Source: Chiloscyllium plagiosum
Taxonomy: Eukaryota
Assembly (NCBI RefSeq): GCF_004010195.1
Contig: NC_057718.1
Span: forward strand, 7,622,787-7,686,786
Length of the DNA: 64,000 nucleotides
Direction of reading: 5' to 3'
Of the stretch, positions 37,345 through 49,495 are shown piece by piece; within the stretch, counting starts at the first letter, position 1; each line of letters opens with the position of its first letter. The position numbers and the translations under genes are program-made. The notes beneath the pieces were generated by a model. The model worked only from the letters and a program-made list of their open reading frames with translations. It was not told where the DNA came from and did not search any database.

Positions 37345-37939
37345 CACACTCCAACTGGGGTCCCTCCAGGTTTTGAGGACCCCAATGTGCACTGTAGCTC
37401 CTCACAAGGTGACCTTGGAAATGCCTGATTTTTAGGTGGCAGGCCCCACCAGAGGGAGAATTTCAATATCTGGATGTGGTTTGGGTCATGTTCCAATTTT
37501 CTGACATTATAATTGAGCCGTCATCTCTCTTAAACATGGAATTGTTCTGACTTTTTCAATGACACTGAGAAATCATTGCTAGGCTCTTGTCATTTAGTGA
37601 AGCCAATCAAATTACCACAAATGATTACGAGCTCATTTGTTTTGTTTGGATGGTAAAGGCTAAAAACAAATTGACAGTTATTAAAGGTCAGACAAACTGT
37701 GTCTTGCTTACAACGAGTAGTCAAAAGGCCTGTGCCCTATTTTAACACTTCTATATGTTACAACCAATGCAAACAAATTCTGGGTGTGATTCATTGAGTC
37801 GGTGCAGTGTCAGTGTTCAAACCTTGCACTCCATCTTCAAGACTAAAGGACCAGATGGTGTTATTAGAGGAAATCTCACAAATGAAAGGGAAAACAGAAT
37901 AGGTAGACATTTACTCAAACACTCCTCCCCCAGCATCAG

Positions 37940-38310
37940 TGAGCTTATAGAGGTCTATAAAATCATGAGAGGCATGGATAATGTAGATAGCCAACAGCTT
38001 CCCCCCATGTTAGGGGAGTCTAAAACTAGAGGGCATAGGTGAGAGGGGAAAGGTTTAAAAGGATCCTAAGGGGCAATGTTTTCATGCAGAGGGTGGTGTG
38101 TGGATGGAATGAGCTGTCAGAGGAAGTGGTGGAGGCTGGTACAATTACAACATTTAAAAGGTATCTGGATGGGTATATGAATAGGAAGCGTTTAGAGGGA
38201 TATGGGCCAAATGTTGGCAAATAGGACTAGATTAATGTAGAATATCTGGTTGGCATGGACAAGTTGGGCCGAAGTATCTGTTTCCATGCTGTACATCTCT
38301 ATGACTCTAT
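37940..38310 (+). mobile_element. CR1 LINE 3' fragment
   Basis: LIEVYKIMRGMD...WNELSEEVVEAGTITTFKR; ctctatgactctat tail. Confidence 0.92.
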
Positions 38311-39424
38311 CTCATGGGCCCATTCAAAGAAGAAAATGAGATGAACATTCCATTTATTCATTTATCCCTCAGCAAGCTGCTGCTTTTGGGATCTTGCTGT
38401 GTGCAAATTGATACATTTTCAAAACGGCAGCAGCAATTGCACGTGCTGTTGATGGCTGCAGAATGCACTGGAATCTCAGTGCACTGGAGAAAAGCATTCC
38501 ATAAGGGCAAGTCTTTCTTCGTCGATCTGTAGAAAGGGCTGACCTGCACACAATGGGCTGAAGGGCCTTTTGATGCACTCTGCGTTGAACCAATATTAGG
38601 TGCTGTTCAGGAAGAGATGGTGCCTGATGAAATAGATTAAATGGAAGGGAATCCCAAAGCTATTGAGGTCACCATGACAACATAAGGACTGGCAGCTCAG
38701 CCTTTGATGGAGAGGCTATATAGAGACAGCAACAGCAGCTAATCATTCCTAGTCACAAGACGGGAGTAAAAAAGAAACAAGAATTTAAATTGTACTGCTG
38801 ACTGGATGAAAACAAAAGCCTCATCTATATCATCAGCATGAATTGACATGGGTCACTCATTCATCACTGCACTTAATCAGCATTTTATGCAGCTGTGTGC
38901 TGATCTGAGTCTCTCTCCTTTTTGTCTCTCGAAACAAAATGTTGTGGAAAATCTAAATGAAGGTTTGGTTCGAAGTAATGGTTTCAAGTCTGAGGAGTGG
39001 AAAATGTGACCGTTGTTTCCACTGAGCCAGCTCAGCGCAGACTTCACGTTGCATCTGCACAGGAAGTGGTAACGTGCCCAGCTGTGACACAGGAAGCAGT
39101 GAATCAAGATTTCTGAGTGGATTACTGAAGGGATGGAACCCTCCACTACCCCACGCCACCCCCCCCCCCCGCCGCCTCCTCCTCCTCCCTCCGCCCGGCC
39201 GTGTGCCTCGTGTGCCTTCAGTGACCACACGCCTGATCTAACACGCCCCAAGCATTAGCATGGCTGCCGATTGCCGCACAGGAAGACCCCACATGCAGAA
39301 ACAGGTAGAGGGAAGGAAGTTGAGAGTACGCAGCAGAAGGTTTGGGCACTGGGGCAAGTCCTCTCTCCTCTGCTTAGGGATCATGAATTGCTCCTTGTCA
39401 GTAGGTGGGGCCTAGCTGTATTAT

Positions 39425-39610
39425 GGAGGAGAAAGTGAGGTCTGCAGATGCTGGAGATCAGAGATGGAAATGTGTTGCTGGAAAAGCGCAGCAGGTCAGG
39501 CAGCATCTAGGGAACAGGAGAATCGACGTTTCGGGCATGAGCCCTTCTTCAGGAATGAGGAAAGTTGGTCCAGCAGGCTAAGATAAAAGGTAGGGAGGAG
39601 GGACTTGGGG
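39425..39610 (-). mobile_element. Penelope-like terminal module P1, long variant (left arm of composite)
   Basis: Largely the reverse complement of 40888-41021. Confidence 0.82.
39521..39557 (-). ncRNA. Minimal type-I hammerhead ribozyme motif
   Basis: Minus strand cauuc-CUGAAGA-A-GGGC-UCAU-GCCC-GAA-ACGU-C-ga. Confidence 0.7.
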
Positions 39611-40562
39611 CTGTCTGGATACAGAATTGGCTGGCCGAAAGAAGACAGCGAGTGGTAGTGGATAGAAAGCATTCCGCCTGGAAGTCAGTGACCAACGTTG
39701 TTCTTGGACCTCTGGTCTTTGTAGTTTTTATAAATGACTTGGACGAAGAAGCGGAAGGGTTGGGTTAGTAAGTTTGCCGATGACACAAAATTCGATGGTG
39801 TTGCAGTTAGTATCGAGGGCTATCGCAAAGTACAACAAAACATTGGCAGGATGCAGAGTGGGGCTGAGAAGTGGCAGAAAGAGTTCAACCTGGATAAATG
39901 CAAAGTGATTCATTTTGGAAGTGCAAATTTGAATGCAGGTTTAAGACAGGATTCTTCGCAGTGTAGAGGAACAGCGGGATCTTGGCGTCCGTGTACATAG
40001 ATCCCTCAAAATTGTCACCTAAGTTGATAGGATTGTTAAGAAGGTGTTTTGGCTTTCATTAACAGGGGGATTGAGTTTTAAGAGCCGTGAGGTTTTGCTG
40101 CAGGTGTATAAAACCCTGGTCAACTTGGAATATTGTGTCCAGTTCTGGTCACCTTATTATAGGAAGGATGTGGATGCTTTGGAGAGGGTGTAGAGGAGAT
40201 TTACCAGGATGCTGCCTGGACTGGAGTGCATGTCTTATGAAGAGAGGTTGCGTGAGCTAGGGCTTTTCACACTGGAGAGAAGGAGGAAGAGAGGTGACTT
40301 GATAGAGGTGTACAATGTAATGAGAGGCATAGATGGAGTACATAGCCAGAGACTTTTCCCCAGGACAGAAATGGCTGTCACGAGGGGTCATATTTTTAAG
40401 GTGATTGGAGGAAGGTATAAAGGAGATGCCAGGGGTAAGTTCTTTTCACAGAGAGTGATGGATGCATGCCAGCAATGGTGGTAGAGTTGGAGATATTAGG
40501 GACATTCAAGCAACTGCTGGACAAGCACGTGGACAGCAGTAAATTGAGGGTTGTGTAGCTTA
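39611..40562 (+). pseudogene. CR1 LINE ORF2 (RT) fragment inside the composite insertion
   Basis: VWIQNWLAERRQRVVV; VSKFADDTK; MLPGLECMSYEERLRELGLFTLE. Confidence 0.92.
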
Positions 40563-40844
40563 GGCGGAAGTAGGTACTGCAGAGGCTGAAGATTAGAATC
40601 AAGATTAGAGTAGTGCTGGAAAAGCANNNNNNNNNNNNNNNNNNNNNNNNNNNNNNNNNNNNNNNNNNNNNNNNNNNNNNNNNNNNNNNNNNNNNNNNNN
40701 NNNNNNNNNNNNNNNNNNNNNNNNNNNNNNNNNNNNNNNNNNNNNNNNNNNNNNNNNNNNNNNNNNNNNNNNNNNNNNNNNNNNNNNNNNNNNNNNNNNN
40801 NNNNNNNNNNNNNNNNNNNNNNNNNNNNNNNNNNNNNNNNNNNN

Positions 40845-41021
40845 TCACCCTCACCTTGACCTCTTTCCACCTATCACATTTCCGACGCCCCTCCCCCAGT
40901 CCCTCCTCCCTATCTTTTATCTTAGCCTGCTGGACAAACTTTCCTCATTCCTGAAGAAGGGCTCATGCCCGAAACGTCGATTCTCCTGTTCCCTAGATGC
41001 TGCCTGACTTGCTGCGCTTTT
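40845..41021 (+). mobile_element. Penelope-like terminal module P1 (right arm of composite)
   Basis: Pyrimidine-rich segment, then hammerhead, then gatgctgcctgacttgctgcgctttt. Confidence 0.82.
40946..40982 (+). ncRNA. Minimal type-I hammerhead ribozyme motif
   Basis: CUGAAGA 40951-40957, stem II GGGC-UCAU-GCCC, GAA-ACGU-C 40971-40978 (GUC cleavage triplet). Confidence 0.72.
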
Positions 41022-41345
41022 CCTAGCTGTATTATCACTGGACTGCTGGGGCCTAGCTGTATTATCACTGGACTGCTGTTCGAGAGAGCCAGGACCGTTC
41101 TGAGGACCCAGGTTTGAATCCCACCAAGGCAGATGTGAAGTTTGGATTCAAGACAAAGTCTGGAATCAAGAGTCTAATAATGACCATGAATCTGTTGTTG
41201 TGAAGATCTATCTGGTTCATTAATCCCTCTTACGGAAGGAAAGGCTCTGCGTGTGACTCCAGGCCCACAACAATATGGTTGACTCAATGAGGGATGGGCA
41301 ATAATGCTGGTCGAGCCAGTGGCACCCTCATCCTGTGAATGAAGT
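41022..41345 (+). mobile_element. SINE family B (head begins ~39405, split by the composite insertion)
   Basis: cctagctgtattatcactggactg...ggtttgaatcccacc...gggatgggcaataatgctgg tail. Confidence 0.75.
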
Positions 41346-41926
41346 AAAGGAAGGATGAGACGGGATGTCCAAAATTCTAATAGGGTTGGACAGATTAGGT
41401 GCAACTCACTGGATTTGAAACGTTAACTCTGCTTTCTGTCTGCAGCTGCTGCCAGACCTGCTGAGTTTCTCCAGCAATTTCCAATTTTTTTATTTCAGAA
41501 CTCTGGAGTGCACAGTTCTTTGGTTCTTTGTTTTATTTGAGATGCAGGGGAGGATAATTTCCCTGGTTGGGGAGTCTCAAACTGGTGGTGGGGGGTCACA
41601 GGTTTGAGGGGGCTGCTGTCAAGCATATTAATAGGTCACTGTCACATTGCTGCATTTAAATAGCTGTGGTGTTTCCAACGTTGCAAGCCATTGAAGATTA
41701 AACAAATAATTCATCGGCGATAAAACACTTTTTGGACTCTGAATGCAAGTTTTTGTTTTATTTTGTTATCAATATGAATGACACATTAGTCTGGCACATG
41801 CTTCCTTTATGATATATTATAACCCTCTGGCACTGCCCACATTGAAATAAATAATGCATTATTTTCAGGATAAATGAGTTTTAGTTTAGTCAGAGTTCAT
41901 GTGAGAGCCATACAGTTTAGATGAGA

Positions 41927-42226
41927 TTACTTACAGTCTTGAAACAGGCCCTTCGGCCCAACAAGTCCACACCCCGCCGAAGCGCAACCCACCCATACCC
42001 CTGCATTTACCCCTTACCTAACACTACAGGCAATTTAGCATGGCCAATTTACCTGACCTGCACATCTTTGGACTGTGGGAGGAAACCGGAGCACCCGGAG
42101 GAAACCCACGCAGACACGGGGAGAACGTGCAAACTCCACACAGTCAGTCACCTGAGGTGGGAGTTGAACCTGGGTCCCTGGCGTTGTGAGGCAGCAGTGC
42201 TAACCACTGTGCCACTGTGCCGCCCA
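41927..42226 (-). mobile_element. HE1-type V-SINE
   Basis: Near-consensus reverse complement. Confidence 0.93.
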
Positions 42227-42604
42227 CATCACTTTACGGGCAGCAAGGTTTTTGGTTGTGTTTTGTTTTAGGGGAGCTATGCACATGTGGGCCACACCAG
42301 GTAAGGATGGCAGTTTCCTTCCCTGAAGGACATTAGTGACCCAGATGGGTTTTTCTAACAGTCGACATGGTCATCATTAGACTCTTAATTCCAGCCTCTC
42401 CTTAAAACCTACCTGTTTGGCCAAGCTTTTCATCCTCTGGCCTTGAGTTTTCCCATATGGCTCAGTGTCAGAATTTGTTTGCAGTGCCCCTGTGAACATT
42501 TCATTACATTGCTGTTCAGATTTCAAACTACCATCTTCCATTCCTTAAACCTTCAAGGTACCCTTGCATTAGCTGTCTGTTTAAAGTGTGAACAGGGGGG
42601 GGCC

Positions 42605-43022
42605 ATCAGACATTGGAGCAGAAATTAAGCCATTCAGCCCATCGAGTCTTCTCTACCATTCAATCATGGCTGAGAAGTTTCTCAACCCCATTCTCCCACT
42701 TTCTCCCCGTAATCCTTGATCCCCTTGACAATCAAGAACCTATCTATCTCCATCTTAAACGTACTCAATGACCTGGCCTCCACAGCTTTCGGTGGCAAGG
42801 AATTCCATAGGTTCACCACTCTCTGGCTGAAGAGGTTTCTCCTTAACTCCATACTAAAGGGTCTTCCCTTTACTCTAAGGCTATGCTTTCGAGTCCTCGG
42901 AAACATCTTCCCAACATCCACTATGTCCAGGCCATCCAGTATTCTGCATGTTTCAATTCTATCCCCCCTCATCCTTCTAAACTCCACTGCTTATAGAGCC
43001 AGAGTCCTCAAATGCTCGTCAT
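42605..43022 (-). mobile_element. CR1 LINE 3' fragment (subfamily with atcagccatgattgaatgg UTR)
   Basis: Minus ORF EFRRMRGDRIET...FSQRVVNLWNSLP. Confidence 0.9.
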
Positions 43023-43362
43023 GTGGCAGTGGCATAGTGATGTTATTGCTGGACTGTTAATCCAGAGACCCAGGTAATGTCGGGTGGCCTGGGTTTGAAT
43101 CCTGCTGTAGTAGAATTTGAATCCATTTTTTAAAAATAGATTGGAATTAAGAGTCTAACGATGACTGTGAATCCATTGTCAATTGTTGTGATAACCCACC
43201 TGGGTCACTAATGTCCTTTAGGGAAGGAAACTGCCTCCTTATCTGGTCTCGCCTACATGTTACTCCAGACCCACAGCAATGGGGTTGACTCTCAACTGTC
43301 CTCTGGGCAATAAAAGCTGCCTGGACAGCAACACCCTCATCCTGTAAATGAATTTTAAAAAA
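43023..43362 (+). mobile_element. SINE family B
   Basis: Head, body and tail recognisable. Confidence 0.85.
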
Positions 43363-43809
43363 TGAATTTCTACTTGTAGCGGTGAAACTATTTTTAAAGG
43401 TAAAATGGGGAAATGAATATGTCGAGAATACATCTGAATTGCATTGACTGTGAACAGGTGTTTTGCAAGGGATAGGACGTGGCACTTTCCAATCATTGTT
43501 TCTTTCCACTTTCAATTTTGCATTGGCTTTTTTTAACAAGTGATTATATCTGACAGATTAATATGCTATACTGTGTGCATGCTAGTCTAGTGGTAGGGGC
43601 ATGATCACTACACCACAAGAGACCTAGATTTATACATGTTTTCCAAAATGACCAATTCAGGAATGTTAGGACATGCCTCTGGAGCGGCTGGGATTTGAAT
43701 GCAGGTCTCCTGTCTCAGAGGGAGGGACACTACCACCATGCCACAAGGCCCTTTAGACGATAATGGTATTCCAGACTTCCAAATTGAATTCAAAACTAGC
43801 CTGAGCATT

Positions 43810-44162
43810 GATTTCTTTATTCATTCGTGGGATGAGGGTGTCTTTAGCTCAGCCAGCATTTATTGCCCGTCTCTAATTGCCCAGAGAGCACTTGAGTCAA
43901 CCATGTTGCTGTGGGTCTGGAGTCACATGTAGGCCTGACCAGGTAAGGAAGGTAGATTTCCTTCCCTGAAGGATGTTAGTGGACATGGTGGGTTTTTTCC
44001 TGACAGTGGATTTATAGTAATCTTAGATTCTTCATTCCAGATGTTTATTGAATTGAAATTTCACCATCTGCTGTGGCAGGATTCTAATCCTGATCCCCAG
44101 ACCATTATCTGGATCTTTGGATTAAAAGTCCAGCGATAATGCCACTAGGCCATCACCTCCCC
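43810..44162 (-). mobile_element. SINE family B, full-length
   Basis: Reverse complement from tttattcattcgtgggatg to ccactaggccatcacctcccc. Confidence 0.87.
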
Positions 44163-44754
44163 TTTTGTAAAAAAAAAACTCTTCTAGCTTGCCCATAAGC
44201 AATAGGAACAGGAGTAGGCCATCGAGCCTGCTCTGCCATTCAATAAGATCGTGGCTGGTCAGAAACGATATCAGCTGTCCTTACCCTCTCAGGATCACAT
44301 GTGACTCCAGACCCTGTCAGGATCACATGTGACTCCAGACCCTCAGCAATACGGGTGACTCCCCAAACTGCCCTCCGAACTAGGCGAGCAAACCACTCAG
44401 TTCGACAGCCATTAGGGACGGGCAACAAATTCTGGCCTTGCCAACAGCACCCACGTCCTCTGAACGAATTAAAATAACGTGCGTGGGCAAGTTCTGAGAT
44501 TCCATGGTCTAAATCGAGATCCCCACTCCGCTCCCCACCATCTCTCTGTCACCTCGAGAACCTCGAAGGCTTGACTGGAGTGGCCAGAGAGAGGAAGGGA
44601 GAGAAGCTCTGAGCAATAGAGATTCCATCTCTTCCAGACTCGGCAGATGGCCAGTTGACATCCCTGCTAACATCCTCATGACATCTTCATCCTGGGGATT
44701 TGAGTGTCCAACCTAGCACTTCCTGAGGGTGAGCTAGGTTAGTGGAAATGCAAC

Positions 44755-45452
44755 TGTTATGCAGAAGTGAACTTGGGAGTCCGAGTTCAGAATGCTCTAA
44801 TGGTTAATGTGCAGGTTCAGTTGGCAGTTAGGAAGGCAAATGCAAGGTTACAATTCATTTCAAGAGGTCTAGAATACAAGAGCAAGGATATATTGCCATG
44901 GCTCGTTTACTTTGGAATATTTTGAACAGTTTTGGGGCCTGCATCTAATGAAGGATGTGCTGACCTTGGAGGGGAGTCCAGAGGAGATTTGCGAGAATGA
45001 TCCTGAGGATAAAGGGTTTGTCATATGAAGAGCAGTTGAGGATTCTGGGTCTGTACCCGTTGGAGTTTAGAAGGATGAGGGGCAAATCTGATTGAAATTG
45101 ACAGAATAATGAGAGACCTGGATAGAGTGGATGTGGAGGAGATCTTTACATTGGTCAGAGAGACTAGGACACAGCCTCTGAGTGAAGGGACACCCTTTTA
45201 GAACTGAGATGAGGAGGAATTTCTTCAGCCAGAGGGTGGTGACTCTGTGGAACTCACTGTTACAGAAGGCGGTGGAGGCCAAGTCATTGAGTGTCTTTAA
45301 GACAGAGAGAGATAGGTTCCTGGTTAGTAAGGGGTTTAAGGATTACAGTAGATGGCAGGAGAATGGGGTTGAGAAACATATCAGCCATGATCAAATGGCG
45401 GAGCAGACTTGATGGGCCAAGTGGCCTCACTCTGCTCCTGTATCTTATGATA
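44755..45452 (+). mobile_element. CR1 LINE 3' fragment
   Basis: KGHPFRTEMRRNFFSQRVVTLWNSL; UTR atcagccatgatcaaatggcggagcagac. Confidence 0.9.
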
Positions 45453-46017
45453 TGTTACACTGAGTGCCTGAAATTCTGCTGCTGTTTCTGCTAATTCTGA
45501 CCTGTCCGGGTGCTGAAGTGACTCTAGGACAATATGGCGTTGTCAAAAGGACTACAGAGATTCAAATTGTTTATTTTCCTTCTGTGACAGTATCTCTGAA
45601 GGTACAATAGAAACACCAAGTTCAGGCCCTCACTGAGGACCTAACAGACTTGGATACTGACCGAGTTACTACCTTCCAACACCTTGGGGATATTTGTATC
45701 CCTTCACGTCGTTAAAATCCAACCTGATGTCACTTCATCGAATGTCGCAGGTTGCAGATACCTGGGAGAGGTTACCTCAAAGCATTGCTTTCCCCCGCAC
45801 AAAAATTTTGCATTAGTTTAGCACCTTTTTAATGTAATGGCACACTCCACGGCTCCCCTGCCTGGGGTTTCATGATAAAACAGAAATCTCACACGTTAGG
45901 AGATATTTGGGATAGGTTACTCATAGCTTGGTCAAAGAGGTCAGTTTAAAGGGGATCTTAAGGCAGAAAGAAGAGATGGCGAGGTGGAGAGATTTCCAGG
46001 GCCTAGGCAAGTGGCAG

Positions 46018-46350
46018 ACTTTTATTGACTCATGGAAAATGGGCCTAGATGGTTGTGCCAGCATTTATTGCCCATCCCTAATTGCCCAGAGGGCAGTTAA
46101 TAGTCAACCACATTGCTGTGAGTCTGGAGTCACATGTAGGCCAGACCAGGTAAGGATGGCAGTTTCCTTCCCTAAAGGACATCAGTGACCCAGATGGGTT
46201 TTTTCCAACAACTGGCGAGTAGTTATCTGGTCACTGTTAAGCCAGCTTTCAATTCCAGATTGTTACTGAATCCCAGTTTCACCATCTACCGCAGTGGGAT
46301 TCAAACCAGGGTCCCCAGGGCACTAGCCTGGAGTTCTGGAGTACTGGCCC
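46018..46350 (-). mobile_element. SINE family B
   Basis: gccagcatttattgcccatccctaattgccc...cacatgtaggccagaccaggtaagg. Confidence 0.85.
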
Positions 46351-47069
46351 AGGGACATCCCCTCACGATGGTGAACACTGGGCATGCTCATGAGGAGCAG
46401 AGCTATCCAATTGGGCTGGAAATGATCAAAGTGCGGGAGGGCCATGGAGAGATTTGCATGAAAGGAGTGAGAATGTTGAAACCAGGGCATGGTGTAACCA
46501 AAGGTCTGTTTGGGTCAGCGAGCACTTAAATCCCTTTTAGAAAAAAAATCAATAAGTTGTGCAATGACCTTTCTCAATGTATCCCTCCCCATCCTGAACC
46601 CCTCCTCTTCACTCCTGCTTGCTGTTTGTCAATATTACTAACAGTGCCACATCATTAAAAACAGGTGGAGGCCATTCAGCCCCTTGACTGCCTTCAATCA
46701 CATCCACCTTGGTCAAAATGTTCCTTGACTCCATCTAGCCACCTTCTTCCTTGCCATCTCTGTGTGGCCAGAGCCTGTTTGGCAGCTTCTCCTTCCTGTT
46801 ACAGAGCAGCTTTCCAAAATCCTTCCATGGGCTATGAGTGTTGTTGCTGAGGCTGATATTGTAATCAACGTAGACCCTCGCTCACGCCACTTCAGGGGAC
46901 AATTAAGAACCAAACCGCCACCCCACGTTGGCTTGGGGCTGGGTAAGGATAGTCGGTTTCCTTCCTTGAGGGAGATGAGTGAACCACATGGATCAAGAAC
47001 TGATAATAGTTTCTGAGACTAGTTTTACTGGCTGCTACAAACCCATATCCCAAAACCATTCAAATACCT

Positions 47070-47447
47070 CAGCCCTCTAGCTTACATTAGCTACTGACCC
47101 CTCACTGCAGAGATTGCAATGGAACAATGGTGCTGGGTTAGGATGTCATGATGTGGAGGTGCCGGTGTTGGATAGGGAAGGCCAAAGTCAGAAGTCACAT
47201 GACACCAAGTTATAGGTTATAGTTCAACAGGTTTATTTGAAAGCACGCCCAACAAAGGAGCAGCGCTCCGAAAGCTTGTGATTTCAAATAAACCTGTTGA
47301 ACTATAACCTGGTGTCATGTGACTTCTGACTTTGGCCATCCCTATCCAACACTGGCACATCCACATCATGACATGCTAACCCAGCACCATTGTTCCATTG
47401 CAATCTCTGCAGTGAGGGGTCAGTAGCTAATGTAAGCTAGAGGGCTG
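47070..47447. repeat. Near-perfect fold-back (arms 47070-47246 / 47278-47447) built on Penelope-like P3 ends
   Basis: Arms are reverse complements; 31-nt loop holds ggagcagcgctccgaaagctt (hammerhead stem II plus GAA-AGCU). Confidence 0.93.
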
Positions 47448-49495
47448 GGCGCGTTTCTCAATACGAGCAGGTTCAACGTATAAATGGACTGAAAAGTCTT
47501 TGAGGCTGCACATTCTGTGACTCTTCTTTGCCCGGTACCAAGACTGAAGTGCCTCTCTTAAGGCTGTCTTGGAGAAAGCACTATAACTGTAATTCCTGTG
47601 CCTGTGGGGGTTAATAACGCGGCAGTTTCAGGAATTTTTCTCACAGTCTGTGAAAGGCATGTTGAGCTGCATCTGTTCACTGCTAAACCACAGTCAGGGT
47701 GCGAGTGATGTATGGCAAAACTATCATCGAGAAAACTGAGAACTCCATCTTTCTGAATCAGTTGGGATGTACTTCACTGACTCCCCATCCTTGCTCCCGC
47801 ATATCCCTGCCTGCTCCATGAATTCATATTGTGTGAATTCCGAAGACACATTCTGGTTTTGTGTGTGTCTACACGACAGACCTAGATACATGTCTCTTTA
47901 GCTGCACCTCCATATTCTCTTCTCTTCCTTTAATCTTTACTCTTTCCCCGTTTTCTGTTTCTCTCTCGGCTTCACGCTCTGCTTTTGGAGGTGTTTGTCT
48001 TTGCACCTCTCCTCACGTTTTGTCTCACACTCTGCCTAAGTCATCCTGTTTCTGTCTCTCTCTTTCTCTCCCCTTTTTATTGCTGGCCTTCCCACCCTCC
48101 TCTCTGTCTCATCTCTCTGCTTCTCCCTCCCTTTTTCTCCACCCCACTTTCTACTTCATTCCCTCTCTCTCTTTTCATCTTTTCTCTGTGTTCCTCTCCC
48201 TCGCTTTCTCTTCCTCTTGCCCTTTCTGCCTCCCTCCCTCTCTCGGTTTTTCACCTTCCCCTTTCTCTGCCTCTCTGTGGGTTGCATTGCTGTGATTTGC
48301 TGTGAGTTTATCCTGGAGCAGATGCTCTTGACGTGACCTCCTGGTTTGTGTTGCTATCGGGTGCTGGGGAATCATGTAGCGAGGAGAGTCTGCTGCTGGC
48401 CTAACCCTGATAAACTATGAATCTGATCAGAGAGTCTGACTGTGAAACCACATAGTGACCTCTCAAAGCACCAGATTTACACAGGGATTGTCAAAGCCGG
48501 TAGCTGGACCATAATCCACTGCTCACTGGTTTTGGCCGTCAACGTGAGATGTTTTTGAGTTTTTCTCCCTCTCCCCTCCTCTATCCGCTCAGTTGAGATT
48601 GTCACCTCTGACTCACTTCCACTAAACTGGATGCAAAGCTAAGGATAACAGCTCAATGAACTGTTGCTTCCTGGGGAGTTTAAACAGCGAGGTCTGAGGT
48701 CTCTTCACGTTCTACCTTTTTGGGGAAATGGGGGAATGACTGGCAAGGTCAGTGTTTGCGAATGTACCCTGGTTGACTTGCTCAGCCAATTCAGAGGGTA
48801 GTACGGCCGGATTGCTGCAGGGCTGGTGTCCCAAGTGGGCCAGACCAGGTGAGGATTATCGAAGCCCTACAGTGTGCGAGGAGGCCACTTGGCCCATCTG
48901 CACAGCCCCTCCAAAGAACACTCCACCCCTTTACTCTATCCTAGTAATCCTGCATTGCCCCCTGGCTGAGCCACCTAGCGTGCACATCCGTGGATGCTAT
49001 GGGCAAGTTAATGTGGCCAATCCACTGTAAGCTGCACATCTTTGAGCAAAGCAGAGGATAGACTGGCTGAGCATAGCGGGAAATCGCATGTGACAGAAGT
49101 GACCGAGAAACACATGGGTACACTACTGCAGATGCTGGCGATCTGAAATGAAAACAGACCGCACATTCTGGAAATAATTTGTTTCTGTCACTACCGACTC
49201 TGAGCAAAGGTTTTGACCGACAGACCAACCATCGTTCCTGATAAGGATTCTGAGGGAATGCTGTCTGTTTGAATTGCTCGTTCTGGGCTTGATATACCTG
49301 TGGCACTGTGGGTTTTTGGCAGGTGTGGGGGTTTGTGGGGTGTGCTGGTGAAAGGGGTGTTGGTATTTAAAAGCAGGAATCTTCCTAGCCCACCACCTAC
49401 TCTCCCACTCCACCCTCCTCATTTTGTAGAGGGTGGGTGCGCTCCCAAATAGCAGCCTTGCCCGCCATATGTAAGAAGGATAATTGATCATTAAG

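Noticed and set aside
44289..44344. 28-bp tandem duplication tcaggatcacatgtgactccagaccct
   Set aside because: Ordinary slippage duplication inside a family B SINE fragment
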